DNA of 61,220 nucleotides from contig NW_019217798.1 in assembly GCF_002571385.2 (NCBI RefSeq), positions 1,044,824-1,106,043 on the forward strand, given 5' to 3'. The translations under genes were made by a program, and so were the position numbers. The notes under the pieces were generated by a model, which saw only the letters and a list, made by a program, of their open reading frames with translations, did no database searches and was not told the origin of the DNA. The DNA is from Stylophora pistillata. Its lineage: Eukaryota. Shown in pieces: positions 25,801-40,800 of this stretch (its first letter is position 1; each line of letters opens with the position of its first letter).

Positions 25801-28800
25801 AATAGGTTGCCGACATCCTTAAGTGTGTCCGGAAGTCGGGCTCAAGTAACGTGTTTTTCTGTGTTGAAGTCGTCAAGTAAACCTTCAAGTTAACGTCAAC
25901 GTTTGTTGTTTTTCTATGTAGACGGAGTCTCAAGGACACCTCATTCAAATCCAGCCTAACTTCAAGGGAGACCTTATCGACAAAGTGCAGATTTTCATCG
26001 AGGATGTCACTTCATTTTCATCAGATTACCAAACGGTAAGGTGTCAATTTCCCAATTGACCTAAAATCAGCTTCAAAATTAGTTGACACTTTTTATGTGT
26101 AGAATAACACTACTGTTTGTGCAATACTCTAAATCATTGAACCAACCCCTCCCCCATTCAGTGTTGCGTGTTTGTAGCTAAAAGATCACAAAATCACAAT
26201 ACAACATTGTTTTGGGATGGAAGGGGACAAATAGGTTAACATAGTTAAGGCAAAAGAGATAAAAAGGAAGTAATAGGAATTTAGAGAGGTCAGTCTGTCA
26301 ACAGTTTTGTCAACGATTGTATTCAATTGCATGTGTTATTTTTCGTTACATGTAAGAATGTATCGCATATTACTTTGTTATAGTAGAGTTGGCGTCGGTA
26401 AACGAGTCAATGAGATTCTTTTCTTGGTAGTCCTAACTTCCTCTCCTCGGCTGCGATTCTTTATATTAACAGCCAAATTAAACAATTACAGGTCTATTTA
26501 ATCCATTTGTTAACTTGTTCACAGTGTCTCCAAGTACCTCGAAGGTGTTTAATACGTTGACCCCTAAATCAAGTTATTTTTTTTTTAACCCTTCTTTTTA
26601 TCTATCAATGCATATAATTATTTATTACTCCTTCTTTTTTCAGACTGGCCCAATGGTTCCAAATGTCCCTCCTCGTGAGGCTAGTGACAGACTGATCATC
26701 TTTCAGGTTAGTGCGCATGCCCTTTGAAACTGCAGCTGGAAATCTTAGCACCTTTTTTTTAACTTTATTTTACTAAGTATTCGCTATTCGTACTTACTTC
26801 CTACCAACCAGGACCCAGTTATGCAAAGGGCAGATGACGCTATCTAGCTGATAAAAGGCTATCCAGCGGATAAGAGATAGCCAACTGCACTGTACTGTCT
26901 TAGCCAGTGGATAGCACTCTCCAGCCTTCGAACAACCGGGGCCTGATGTTTATCCATTCTCACAACTTCATACGATAATTCTCCTTCCCTATTTCAACTA
27001 CGTGCAAAAAATCTCCCTAAAATCAATTGATGCAAAGGATGGTGGTTAACTAGGGTGTGTTACGGAAATCGTGTTTTACAAATATTGCATTAAAAAAAGA
27101 AGGATGAGGAAAATAACCCCTTAATTAGCTGAGTTTACTCTTTACTTCAAGCAGACTGGTCTGAGTCTTTTCCAAGATAATTTTGGTTTTATCCACTGAG
27201 TTTATAAAGTAAATTTTAAATTGTCAGAGCGAATGATGAAGAGCTCTGACAAAGGGCTAACGCTCGAAACGTCAGCTTTGAAATTATTTACATTGGCAAA
27301 TTTAAATTATCAACTCAGTTGATAAAACCAAAATTACCTTGCTACTCCCACTGACACAGCACCACAGTTTCTTTATAAACTCACTCCCTTTATTTCTAAG
27401 TCTTCCCCCAGTTCGACAGTCCATGTAAAGACTCCTAGTGAAGTGAAAGTAGTTTTTTTTTTTTAATATTTTTTCGTTGTTGTTGCAGAATCGATTTGAC
27501 GCGCTATGGCGTAAATACATCACATACTCCGGAGGAGAAGAGCTGTTTGGGCTCGCTGTGACAGAGTACCCAGACCTGATGCAGATCCGCCGAGAACTGA
27601 ATCTTTTGCAAAAGCTCTACGGCTTGTATAATGACGTCATTGACACTGTGAATGGATATTATGATATCCTGTGGGTTGACGTCAATATAGAAAAAATTAA
27701 CGTGGAACTTCAAGACTTTCAGACACGGTAATTCTACGATCAGAATAGCTCGCTGAAACGTTTCACTAATACCTCTGGGAGGGGTAGGCCGGTGTTCCCA
27801 ACAAGAGGGAGGGAGTGCTAAAAAGGGATGTCTGGTTATCTCATTATCCTAAATTATCGTAGAGGAGTAGAATCACAGGCACTCGAGGATCCTGTGCAGG
27901 AAATAGCTTATTAGCAGTGGGGATTTCAAATGAGCAGGATGGTTTTTTTTTTAAAATAAACTGCAATAGCTGACCACACCAGAGGGTTTTGTAGAAAACG
28001 AGCTGGCCTAGACGACGTGACTTAGAGGTGCGCTGAACTAAGAATCTAAAGGTCTGAGTTCGAGCCCCGACAATGGGTTGTTGTGGTGTGTTCTTATTCA
28101 AGACACATAACTCTCACTCTCACAGTGCCTCTCTATCCATTGGCTTACGGTGGAAAAGTTGACGAAATGTTGAGGGTTAATCTGCGATGCAGGTGCATCT
28201 CATCGATATGGTAATACCCAGAGGCACGTAATATTAGCGAAATCATGATAAGCAGGGATAGCAAGGCCCACCTTACTCGTGTGCATATTTCACCTTTACG
28301 GTGACCTGGAATTGCTGGACAGTCTTATTATTGATTGTAAACTCTGCATTTTCCTTCCAACAGATGCCGTAAGCTCCCTCGGGCTTTGAAAGACTGGCAG
28401 GCCTTCCAGGATTTGAAGCAAACCATCGATGACTTCAATGAAAGCTGTCCATTACTGGAACTGATGGCGAACAAAGCCATGAAACAGAGGCACTGGGACA
28501 GAATAGCTGGACTAACAGGACATACATTTGACATGGAGTCAGAAACATTCTCACTGAGAAACATCATGGAGGCACCTCTGCTGAAACACAAAGAGGATAT
28601 TGAGGTGTGAAACTAATGGATTGTGTCATTTTCTCTACTGTTTTCTTATTCTGTGCTTAGTAAACAGGTTACTGTCACGCCCTCAGAGAGGTTTATGGCA
28701 CAGGCTTAAGAAGGCTAAGCAGTCTCAAGCACTAGGTATTTTTCCATAAAGAGTCTTCCTATTTAAACTCTGGAAGGTCAGAGTTTGAACAAGGAATGGA

Positions 28801-31800
28801 CTTTCAAAACCTTCCAGTGTAAATGGCTCAACAAGAAAACTGTTCAGGGTCAAAAGGGAAATCCACCGCGGCACGTTTTCTCTAACAAGCAGTTTTAAAA
28901 AATTCTCTTTTTTGCATGAAGCGAACAATTTTTTCTTGTCAAGGTCTTTAGTATGTGAACTTAATTGTGTAGTTCGCTTTCTGCAGGATGTTTGCATCGC
29001 TGCCGTCAAAGAGAAAGATATAGAAGCTAAGCTTAAGTCAGTTGTTGCCGATTGGAGTACAAGGGAGCTGACTTTCGCAAATTTCAAGAATCGTGGCGAA
29101 CTGTTATTGCGAGGTGACAACACATCGGAGATTGTTGCGCTGATGGAGGACAGTCTCATGGTGTTGGGCTCTTTGATGAGTAACAGGTGACAGGAATTAC
29201 ATCTTAATGAAAGACTTGGGCGACTCGGCCTAGTTATTAGCCCGCTGTGTTCAGGATCGAAAAGCGCGTCATTGTTTCTTCGGGCTAGACACTTCGTTCT
29301 TCTCACGCTCCCCTCCACTTGGGAGTATATATTCATGGATACCGGCTAAACTGTCTGGGAAACCAACCAAAATGCCGAAGGGTAGCCCGTAATAGGCTAA
29401 TGTGCCATTCCGTGAGGAAGTATAGCAATTAATCCCTATCGCTTTGAAACCGGGATAAACTCTGGAAGCTGTTGGGTAGGTTTAATCGAAATGAGATGGC
29501 CAATTTGCAATTTCTGATGATAATGAGGCTATCATTTGTACCTCTTAGTAGTAGATGACTGAGCTAACAGCTCAGTTACAATTAAAAGCGTGTCAGATAT
29601 GTGCATCTGTTTGTAATTGACTTGTATAATTCTAAACATTTAGGTACAACGCTCCCTTCAAGAAGAATATCCAGAGCTGGGTACAGAAACTTTCTAACAC
29701 AACGGACATCATAGAAAACTGGCTAACGGTCCAAAACTTGTGGATTTATCTCGAGGCTGTTTTTGTTGGTGGAGATATTGCAAAACAGCTACCGAAGGTT
29801 TGTCTTCGTCTGGGCAAGATGCTTTTCAGAGCTGCTCTCGGTGTTAGTATCCATGAACATTTATTTTTTTATTTATTCCTTTTAGGAAGCCAAGAGGTTT
29901 CAGAACATCGACAAACAGTGGGTGAAGATCATGACTCGTGCACATGAGAATGCCAATGTAGTGCAGTGCTGTGTAGGGGACGAGACCCTGGGGCAACTGT
30001 TACCACATCTCCTGGAACAACTGGAACTTTGTCAGAAGTCACTCAGTGGGTAGGTCTCAACTCTTCATCTTATTGTCTTTCTTGAAAGTTCAGTGATGTT
30101 GTCTTCTTGTTATTACGGCGAAACACTACTGCGAGATCGGAGTACGACTGCTGTGTTTTCTGAAAAACGCTTTTTGCGTTACCTTACAGGTATTTGGAGA
30201 AGAAGCGTCTCGTCTTTCCAAGGTTTTTCTTCGTTTCCGATCCTGTCCTGTTGGAAATCCTTGGTCAAGCAAGTGATTCTCATACTATTCAGGTAAAACA
30301 GAAAAGCTGAAAAATCCAATATCGGGCCATGACTGTCATGCTTGTATATTTTTGCTAATTGTGGAACGCTTTTCACTACTGAGGCCATTTCTACGATATC
30401 CAAAGCCCATGTTTAAACGGGGGTGAGTGCGAAGTTTAAAACTCACTTTTATGAGAAAGGTCTAGACTTTGATCTAATTTATAAAGTGAGGACTCTTTTG
30501 GACTCGGAAAAGGCCTCTCCAGTATTGATTTAGAGAAATACCTACAACTAAGGTCAAGTAACTTTATCCAGATTCCAAACAGTTCTGTAGGTAGCAGCCC
30601 TTAAACCTTGTCACTGTATTTCTGTTTTTAGGCTCACTTGTTAAACGTGTTCGATAACACGAAGAATGTTAAGTTCCATGAGAAGGATTATGATCGTATT
30701 CTGGCCGTTATCTCCTCCGAGGGAGAAACAATAGAGGTAAGGAATACTCTTTCAACCTGTTTTGTTTATAATTTAATCGCAATATAAATTTTCTCACTGA
30801 TCATGCAATCCTCCAGGAACTGATTCCAGTTTAGTAGGTGAAACAATTGTCAAAGATCCTTTGAAAAGAGTGTCGTACGACCAAAGCCTCAAAGACCAAA
30901 CAACAAGCGATGTAAAGAATAAAAATGCAAAGATTTTTCACACAAATGAAAATTGGCCAAGATTCAGGGAGAATAAAAGCTTTTTCGACCTCTTATTGAA
31001 ACGTCTTTGTTGTTGTAGCTTGAGAAACCTGTTATGGCTCAAGGAAATGTTGAAGTTTGGTTGGGCACATTGTTAGAAATGTCTCGCAAGTCGGTTCATC
31101 ACGTGATCCGGACAGCGCACACTGCTGTACAAGATCAGGGTTTTAATCTTCTGGAGTTTCTCAATACATTCCCAGCTCAGGTGCGTCTGCTTCCATCTTA
31201 TTGTTCCATATAATGAACTTGACAGATGAATGGTTCATTCCTAGTGAATTACAATTAAGTACAACTTAGGAATAAAGTGTAGAAAATTTAGCTTAAGACA
31301 AATCTAAGTTAAAAAGGGAGCGATTAGCCAACACTTCTTGAGACGAAATGCGCTTTATTTAAGTGCTTACGAGAACAGAAAATGAGGTAAAGTTAATTAC
31401 TGGTTTTACTAACGAAATTAGGATTTTAAGCGTAATAATTTCATTTCCAGATATGAACCTGCAAACCCCTTAACAGCTTTCCAAATGGTCAAAATCATTT
31501 TTTCTATCAGTCTGTTCCTATTTCCATCAAACCGTCACGTACCTATGCCAAGTTATCATGGTCTATTTCGCTTATCAGTACTGTCGCCTTATCAGTATCA
31601 CTTTAAATTTTATAGGTGGGCTTGCTAGGGATTCAAATGATTTGGACCCGAGACTCAACTGATGCTCTAACAAACGCTAAGTACGACAAGAAGGTGATGC
31701 AACAAACCAACACAGCGTTCTTGGAATTGTTGAACGTGCTCATCGAGCAGACCACAAAGGAACTCACCAAAGTAGTGAGAACAAAGTTCGAGACACTGAT

Positions 31801-34800
31801 TACCATTCATGTCCATCAAAGAGACATCTTCGACGATTTGGTAAGTGAAATTGAAGACCCCAAAGATGAATGGATTAACCATTCTTTCTTGCATTTTGTG
31901 ATACTTGCAAATAATTCCAATGAGCGGTTCAAGACAATTTCACTGACAGCATCTTTCGTTTGGCAGGTTTCAACACGATATTGAAGATGGTCATATGCTT
32001 TACCATACGAAAAATTTTCAGACAGCGGAATACGAATAGTTCGTAGTAAATTTAAGAGGCTTTAAGCGTTATAAATAAATTGTGCTTATCGACAAAGAAA
32101 ACACCCTTAAATATAAACATAGATTAAAACGTAACAGCTAAGCGAGGAGGGGGAAGAGAGAGGAAGCGAATAAAGCTCACTATGAGTCTTGCAATGAAAG
32201 TGATGCTTTCTCTTTTTGAATTAAATGTGTTTTGACATGAACAAAGAACCTCCTTTGAACGTTATTGGTTCTTCTCTTGCAGTGTCGTATGCATATCAAG
32301 TCTCCAACAGACTTTGAATGGCTGAAACAAATTCGATTTTACTTCAAAGATGATACCGATAAATGTTTCGTCTCCATCACTGATGTTGACTTCTTGTACC
32401 AGAACGAATTCATTGGCTGTACAGAAAGACTTGTTATTACACCGCTGACTGATCGCTGTTACATTACCCTTGCTCAAGCTCTTGCTATGTCGATGGGTGG
32501 CGCACCGGCTGGACCGGCTGGTACTGGAAAAACAGGTTCGTTCAAGGCCGACTAAAAGTTGAGAGTGGTTTACTTAAGACGTTATTACACAATTGTTTAC
32601 TCACTCGTCCTCGTCGCAAATGAGGCCTTGCAAGTCCATAAATCAATCATTCAAATAATTAAACCGTCAAATTAAACAATAATTTAATAATTGAAAGAAC
32701 AAATACTATATGAACGCCTCATCTTGAAAGAGGGAAACTAGGCGACAAGCATGTATTAGTACTCGAACCCGGGACTTGCGGGTTGCACGTCCAATACTAA
32801 ATCTGCATCTGCACTGGGATATAAATTTTGGATTCAGTCTTTTTGTTCATGGGCAGAAATGAATTCTATAATTGGCAGTCCTAGAATATTTAATAGTAAC
32901 GTCTACTTGAAATTTGCATCGTCTAACGTTTGCTTATTTCAAACCACGTGTAGAAACCACCAAAGACATGGGTAAAGCTCTCGGAAAGTATGTAGTTGTA
33001 TTCAATTGCTCGGATCAGATGGACTACAGAGGTCTGGGGAGAATTTTCAAAGGTAAGGAGAGCATAAAAGTGGAACGTTTTTAGTGTTTCTATTAAATTA
33101 ATTACGGCTGAGACAATCGTAAATTTCTATCATTACTCGCAATACCTTTATATGGTTCAGAAAAAATCAAAACACTTTCCCTACTTTTACTGTCAACAGT
33201 TTAGAAAGCAAATGGCTTCAATCCAATCTGATAATTGTTATACTTGAACTGATATGGTAAATTCTCAATTTATGATGGAGAAATAGGGTATGAGAACAGA
33301 AAAACGTGTCAAGTTGAGGTTGCTATCTCGATGTAACCTCCAGGTTCTCTCAACTCATTAACTAAGAATGCAAGAATCACTCATCAGATCTCAGTAGGCA
33401 AATAGTTAAAACCAACTGAATTGTTTTGGTGTGTTACAGGACTGGCCCAATCAGGCAGCTGGGGTTGTTTCGACGAGTTCAACCGTATTGACCTCCCTGT
33501 TTTATCAGTGGCTGCACAACAGATCTACATCGTGCTGATGTGTAAGAAAGAGAGAAAGAAGCAGTTCATATTCTCTGACGGTGATGTGGTCGATATGAAC
33601 CCAGAATTCGGTAATTTGCCTCGAATTATACTCGTTCCATTTTTATAGATTGATGCACATTTCATCTTTTACAAACAGTCTGGAAAAATCTTATGATGTG
33701 TTTGATTGACTAACGAATTTGTCATTCATTTTCAGGAATCTTCTTGACCATGAACCCTGGCTACGCTGGGAGGCAGGAACTCCCTGAGAACCTGAAAATC
33801 CAGTTCCGTACAGTAGCCATGATGGTGCCGGACCGACAGATCATCATTCGTGTGAAACTCGCTAGCTGTGGTTTCATCGACAATGTAACACTAGCCAGGA
33901 AATTTTTCACTTTGTACAAACTGTGCGAAGAACAACTTTCTAAACAGGTAAGTTACCTGAAAAAAGTTATTATTTATTTCCTTTTGTTTCATATGATCTA
34001 GAACGACTTTCATCCCTTCTGCATTTAGTAGCCAGTTTTCATTATCATCAAAGTTATCATCAATATCATCATCATCATCATTTTTATACAAACACGATAA
34101 TCTTGCAGGATCTTGGCTCTGATCTTTTAAAGTAAACTAGCTATGAATCACACGAGGTTTTCAAGAACTTTCCCCATCGGTGGTGTTTTGTGAACATTGT
34201 ATGGGAAATGGAAAACTATGGCATTTTTGTCTCCGCCAGGCGGCGGCGAATGATACTTCTCTATCAGTATCACTCGCTCAGTGCAATGCTGTATTTTGTT
34301 GCAGGTTCACTATGACTTTGGCTTGAGGAACATTTTGTCTGTTTTGAGAACCCTTGGCGCAGCAAAGCGGTTGAGTGTTGGAGACAGCGAAAACACGATT
34401 GTGATGAGGGTGCTGAGGGATATGAACCTATCTAAACTGGTAAGATTTTGATGTCTCTACTCCTATCGCTTTGTGTGACCTTATCCTGACCCAGTTCCTC
34501 TGACAAAATGTTGGCGGAAAATGCTTCTCAAATTGGGTCCACCATACTCCTTCAATCTTACAATGCTAGTTTGGAATGTCATATTAAAATATTTTTTTGC
34601 TGTAGCTCGTGTTTTCCAACATTGCAACGTAGAGAAAGCAGGAAGGGCCTCTTGTTTCAGCAAATTTTTTCATTGATTATCACTTATCAAAGAGTTCTTT
34701 GATAGAGATATTTTTTTGAATTTGTTCCAAGCTTGTCACAAATAGTAGTTAGAAAATCTTTCTTTGCCCTGTAATCGTTTGCAGTTTTGTTTATTAGCTA

Positions 34801-37800
34801 ATTTGTTTCAGGAAGAGGTTCTCCTTTTTTTAAAGAGGTCTTAGATACCCGCCTTACAAGTACAATAATAGGTAACAATCTTGCGCCGTATGAAACTACT
34901 TTCATCTCCAAAAAAAAAAAGGTAAAAGTTGGCTTGGAATGAAAGAAAAACAAAAAAAAAAGCGATAATAGACCAAACAGTAATGAGAATGGCTAAGGAT
35001 GGAAATTATTAAAATAGATTACAATCGAAGAACTTGGAATAAAAGCTGTAATTTGTAGGATTCTTTAGCCAGCGTATCGCTGCTCCATTTAAACTGCTAT
35101 TTTTTCCTAAATGAGGTCTCTTTTTCCTTCAGATTGACGAGGACGAGCCACTTTTTCTGAGTCTCATAAACGATCTATTCCCTGGCATCGTGTTAGACAA
35201 GGCTGGGTACCCAGAGTTAGAACAAGCCATTGCTAATCAAGTGGAAGAAGCTGGACTCATCAACCATCCATCTTGGAGACTTAAACTAATCCAGGTATGA
35301 ATTTAATGTTAAACGCGTAAGTTTGAGTCGATTGGCCCGCCCTCAACACGTGTGGACGTGAGCAATGTAAGCTAGGTTGTGTACGAGGTCGAGACCTCTG
35401 AAGAAATGTTTTTTGTTTTTGGCTATTTTCAGGCTCAGCGTACGTGTACAATTGTCTTGAATATATGAATGAGACAAATTGACTGTTCTTGATTTCTCTT
35501 GCAGTTATTCGAGACACAGCGGGTGCGTCACGGTATGATGGTCCTGGGACCGAGTGGAGCGGGGAAAACTGCTTGCATTCACCTGTTGATGAAAGCGATG
35601 ACTGACACTGGCACGCCCCACAGAGAAATGAGAATGAACCCCAAAGCCATTACAGCTCCTCAGATGTTTGGGCGGCTGGATGTTGCCACAAATGACTGGA
35701 CGGATGGAATATTCTCCACCTTGTGGAGAAAGACTCTTCGAGCTAAGAAAGGTGTAGATAACATTTAAATAAAAGTGACCAGTTAGCTAAATTGTACCTT
35801 TGAGATGCGTGATGGAATATAAATATTCTGGGACATTGGTAAAAGCACAATAAGTCCATCATAACGTACATGATTGTACAGAATCCTACAGAGGTACTCT
35901 GCTTTTGACCTTTTAATTGCATTGCATTAAAAAAACAAAAAGCCTGCCAATAATTTTTTGCCATAGATGAGTTTTGGATTTAACTTCTCTTCTCTTAGTG
36001 TTGTTATTTACCTCTCTTAATTCCCAACTCTCGTAAGGCACGCTTAAAGACCAGCCTAGAGCGTAGTCCATTCCTATAATATTGCATAAGGCTCCAGATT
36101 TGTTTTTATTATTGTTCTTTTTTCAGGCAGTCAGTGACGATATGCTCACATTGATATTTCATGACTGTTGTCTACATTGACTCCGTACATGTAGTTCATC
36201 AGATGAATTTTATTCTGCGGCGATGTAATTAAATGATCGGGTGATCTTTGCAATGAACTTTTAAAATTGTTAATTGTTGTCTAAAAGCCTAAAATTGGAA
36301 GATGCCTGATTTTTTTTCTCAGCCTTCTTTAATGCAATTCATTTTAACGTAATTAACTGCAAAGATCAATCCGTCGCATAATTTGTGTTACTTCTTTGTA
36401 AGAGAACAGAAATTTACGTTTTAGCTTGTTAGTCTCTATGACCAACTCATTTTAACGAACTACATTAGGAGATCGTCTGCCACCTGATACTAACCCAATA
36501 CTCTTTGTTTCCTTTTCTTCACCAGGCGAACGAATTTGGATTGTGTTAGACGGACCAGTGGACGCCATCTGGATTGAGAACCTAAACAGCGTACTGGACG
36601 ATAACAAGACTCTGACCCTTGCAAATGGCGATCGCATTCCCATGTCACCTCAGTGCAAGATTATTTTTGAGCCTCACAATATTGACAACGCATCACCAGC
36701 TACTGTGTCACGCAACGGTATGGTGTACATGAGCTCATCTGGACTGGACTGGAGACCTGTGCTTCAGGTAGGGATTTTGTGACAAAATATTTGCTCGTGG
36801 ATCGTCATCTAATGTGACTGTGTGACGTAACGTACGCTCGTAATGGGTTATGTAATGAAGAGGTTGAAGTCAAGGGGTTTCAGTAGTGGCATTTATAACC
36901 TTTGATAATCATTTTTCATTTTCAATTGCCATGTTTTTTTTTTTGTTTGGTTTGTATTGGAAAGGCATGGCTTAATAAACGACCAGAACCAGAAGCGGAA
37001 GTCCTAAAGGCGTTGTTTCACAAATCATTTGACGAGATCCTCCGCTATGTGCAAGAAAATTGCGCCTTCAAGATGGATATTTTGGAACACAATTACATTG
37101 TACAGGTGAGTGAAATGTTGGCAAATGCCAAGTCTCGCTCTAGAACAGTTCCTACTCAATTTGGAGTAGTAGCTAAAATTGAACGTAGTGGCTTACCACA
37201 TGACACATGCGTGCAGTCATGCAAGTGGATGGTTGCAGTCACACTTTACACCGTGTCTTATTTGCTTTTGAACATTGCACTTCCTTCCTCCTTTTCAAGT
37301 ACATGAGTCAACGAGGACATGCCGACACAATTTCATTTTAGGCACTTTTAACAATAAACATTCAGCGTGAGAAAAAACATCCGATCCTATTCCACTTTCA
37401 ATGTTGCCCTTCTGATTATTTGTTGCTGTTGATTGACTAACAGGCCATTACACTACTCGAGGGGCTTATTCCCAGGAAAGAGGATGGTTCGAATGTGTCT
37501 GCTTCTCATCTGGAGCGGTTGTACATCTTCTGTGTCATGTGGAGTGTGGGAGCCCTGTTGGAGCTGGATGATCGGGCGAAGATGGAAGAATTCGCCAGAA
37601 CAAACTTTGAACTTGACTTACCTCTTATTGCCGAAGGATCACAGGACACAATGTTTGAGTTTCTTGTGAACGAAGGAGGTACCTGATTTGCAACAGATTT
37701 GATTTTTTAAATCAAAAACACTTTGCTGGGGGAACATGGGAAAATTGAACCGTGGGATGGTTACTAGAAGGGGGAGATGGAGGTTTTTCAGTAATTTATT

Positions 37801-40800
37801 ACTTAAATACTTGTTGCCCTAAAGTAAAGTCTACTTGAAAGGCTTACACATAACTTTGATTACCGAGACAAAGAAATATTAGAAACAAACATAACCAAAA
37901 ACTGACCTTATGTGTTGCAGGTGCAACCGACGATCTCAATACATTGAGATGGGTCAAGGCGACTCTTTCCTCCATGGAGTTCGGTTTAATTGAAAGCCAC
38001 ATAAAATCCAAAACACTCGGGGTGGATTTTAAGTGTTGTTAATTGGTCATACCTGCTTGTTCACTTTTCCTACTAAAACGTTTTTCTTAGGTGAGTGGGA
38101 ACACTGGAACACACGAGTGGAGGAGTACATTTACCCAAAGGATCATAACCCTGACTTCTTGTCTATTCTTGTTCCAAACGTGGATAATGTGCGAACAGAC
38201 TACCTCATTCAGGTGGTGTCCAACCAGGGAAAGGTTTGTAGTTTTTTATTTGTTTATTCATGTTTTGCTTTTGTTTGATATTGTTTAGTTGTGTCGTTTT
38301 GTTTTTCTTTTTGTACGAGTTATCATTTATATTTTTCATGGAGGATAGGTCCCTTGCTGTTTATTTTGCTCATTTTTTTACCTTTAGCTGGTGATTTGTA
38401 TTTTGAATCGATATTCACCAGTAATTTGGTGATTGGATTTTGAAGTTGAGGAAGGACCTCGGGAGAAAAGAAACTATTATTTCCCGATAGAACGATCTTG
38501 CGATGAGTGTAGCGCTCTCATCAAAAGACAATGGTCCTTTGAAAGAGCTGTGTCTTATAACCCACATATGTAATCCAAATCTAAATTATTGGATTTTCTT
38601 TGCATCTTCTAGGCGGCCTTGTTAATTGGAGAACAAGGTACAGCTAAGACTGTCATGATTAAAGGCAACATGGGAAAACATGATCCTGAGAGGCATTTAA
38701 GCAAAAGCTTTAACTTCTCCTCGGCCTCTACTCCTTTGATGTTCCAAAGAACAATCGAGAGCTACGTTGACAAGAGAATGGGAAATACATACGGACCCCC
38801 AGCTGGCAAGAAGATGACTGTGTTCATTGACGATGTTAATATGCCGATTATCAACGAATGGGGTGATCAGGTCGGTACATCTTTCCAAACGTTTCCCTCT
38901 CCAATTGTTCATATCTCGTCGAGCGAACTTAAATGAAGAGTCCTCTCTCCCCTGAAAAAAGTGGATATGAGAAGAGGCTCTCAGTTTTTGCACGGCGGCG
39001 ATGAAGTTTTCACTTTCGTCTGCATTTGTTTCTTTTCTCTCAACGTACTTAAGGTGGATAAGTAGAGTAGTTGGCAAAGAAAAGTGCTTAAATTTTCCTT
39101 TGATGATAATTTCTTGCTAGTAGTTTTCTTATCGCGATGAAAACCTCTCGATACATGGGTAAAATTTATCTTTCGCAAGCTTAACAGAGAAGCCCTATGG
39201 ATGTTAATCTCATAAGAAATCTGTGATCTTTAGCTCAAAACTAGTTTCTTCTGTGGCATAGGAACCGAACATTTGGTGTTCAGATAGACAAACACCAAGT
39301 TATTTTTTTTTCTTATTCCATGTTTTTTCTGCTGCCCACGACCGTTGTTGCAATTCCTTAGGTAACAAATGAAATAGTTCGTCAAGTGATGGAGAACAAA
39401 GGTTTCTATAACCTGGAGAAGCCCGGTGACTTCACGAACTTGGCGGACATTCAGTTCCTGGCTGCCATGATTCACCCAGGAGGAGGGCGAAATGACATCC
39501 CACAGAGACTCAAAAGGCAGTTCAGCGTGTTCAATTGTACTCTACCGAGTAACAGCTCCATCGACAAGATATTTGGTACGGACTTCAACGTGTTTTTTGT
39601 CTTGTCTAATTTGGATAACGTGCTTATAATGATCTATTGAGGCTATACACTTTACATCTCTTTTGAAACATCGTAATCAGGTATGAAGCTAGAGGCTCTG
39701 ATTTCCAAACTAATGGATGAAAATCCTCATGAAATTCACCAGAAATTGATATGAAATCCACCAAAAAATGTATTGAAAATGGTTTTAATTGTAACAGAGT
39801 GCGCTCCTAAATCTCTAATTTTTTTTTAAATAATCTGCACGCACTTCTTGACAATCTTCGAATTTTTGTCTTACTGAATGTTTCCTTTTCAAACAGGTGT
39901 GATCGGAGCCGGTCATTTTTGTTCAGAGCGTGGTTTTCCCAGTATCGTGCAAGAGTTAGCGAGGAACCTTGTGCCTTGTACCCGCAGGCTATGGCAACTT
40001 ACCAAGGTATTGATATTACTTCTTTTAGGATTTTTGTGCGTGTTGCGTTCTTTGTTCGTTCCCACGCGTCTTCAAGCTCTATTGGATTTATTTTTAGTTA
40101 TCTTATGTTACTTAATACGGATCGAACACCGTTTTTAACCAGTCATGCAGTAAGCCCCTTCATACTATGGCAGTTATTCTCTTCGCCTTCTTAGTAACCT
40201 TATCTTTCATTTCAACATTAGATTAAAATGCTTCCTACGCCAGCCAAGTTTCACTACATCTTTAACTTGCGAGACTTGTCCAGAATTTGGCAGGGTATCC
40301 TTTACTGCGTCTCCGAAGTAATATCGACGCAGGAGGCCTTAATGGCCTTATGGAAGCACGAATGCATCCGAGTAGTTTCCGACCGTTTCACAAATCCGTC
40401 CGACAAAGACTGGTTCGAGAAGACGATGAAACGAGTCATTGGCGAAGAATTGGGAGAAGACCTGCAGGCCATGATTGAAAATATGCCGTATCTTGTGGAC
40501 TTTTTAAGGTTTACTTATCAGTTTTTTTTTTTTTATGGATTAGCGATTCCCTTGTCGAATTTGCCACTTCCTTTTCTTTTCTACTCAAAATTTTGATTTA
40601 GAAACTTAATGGCAACCTTTCCTTAGTGAAGTCTTGAAATTGTGGAGAGGATGGAGGGGGGGAGGGGAGGGGGAGAAGAGTACCTTACTGTTAAAGCATG
40701 ACGGGTAAAGAGAGCGAGGAAACTGTTTCAATAGAGCCTCGACACCCCCTTCCCCTTTTTCTCCTTGAAAGGAACCCGTTGATGGAACGTTTCTGCGGTG

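Noticed and set aside
28725-29336. 203-aa minus-strand ORF
   Set aside because: Antisense to a dynein exon plus intron and SINE sequence; no coherent domain.
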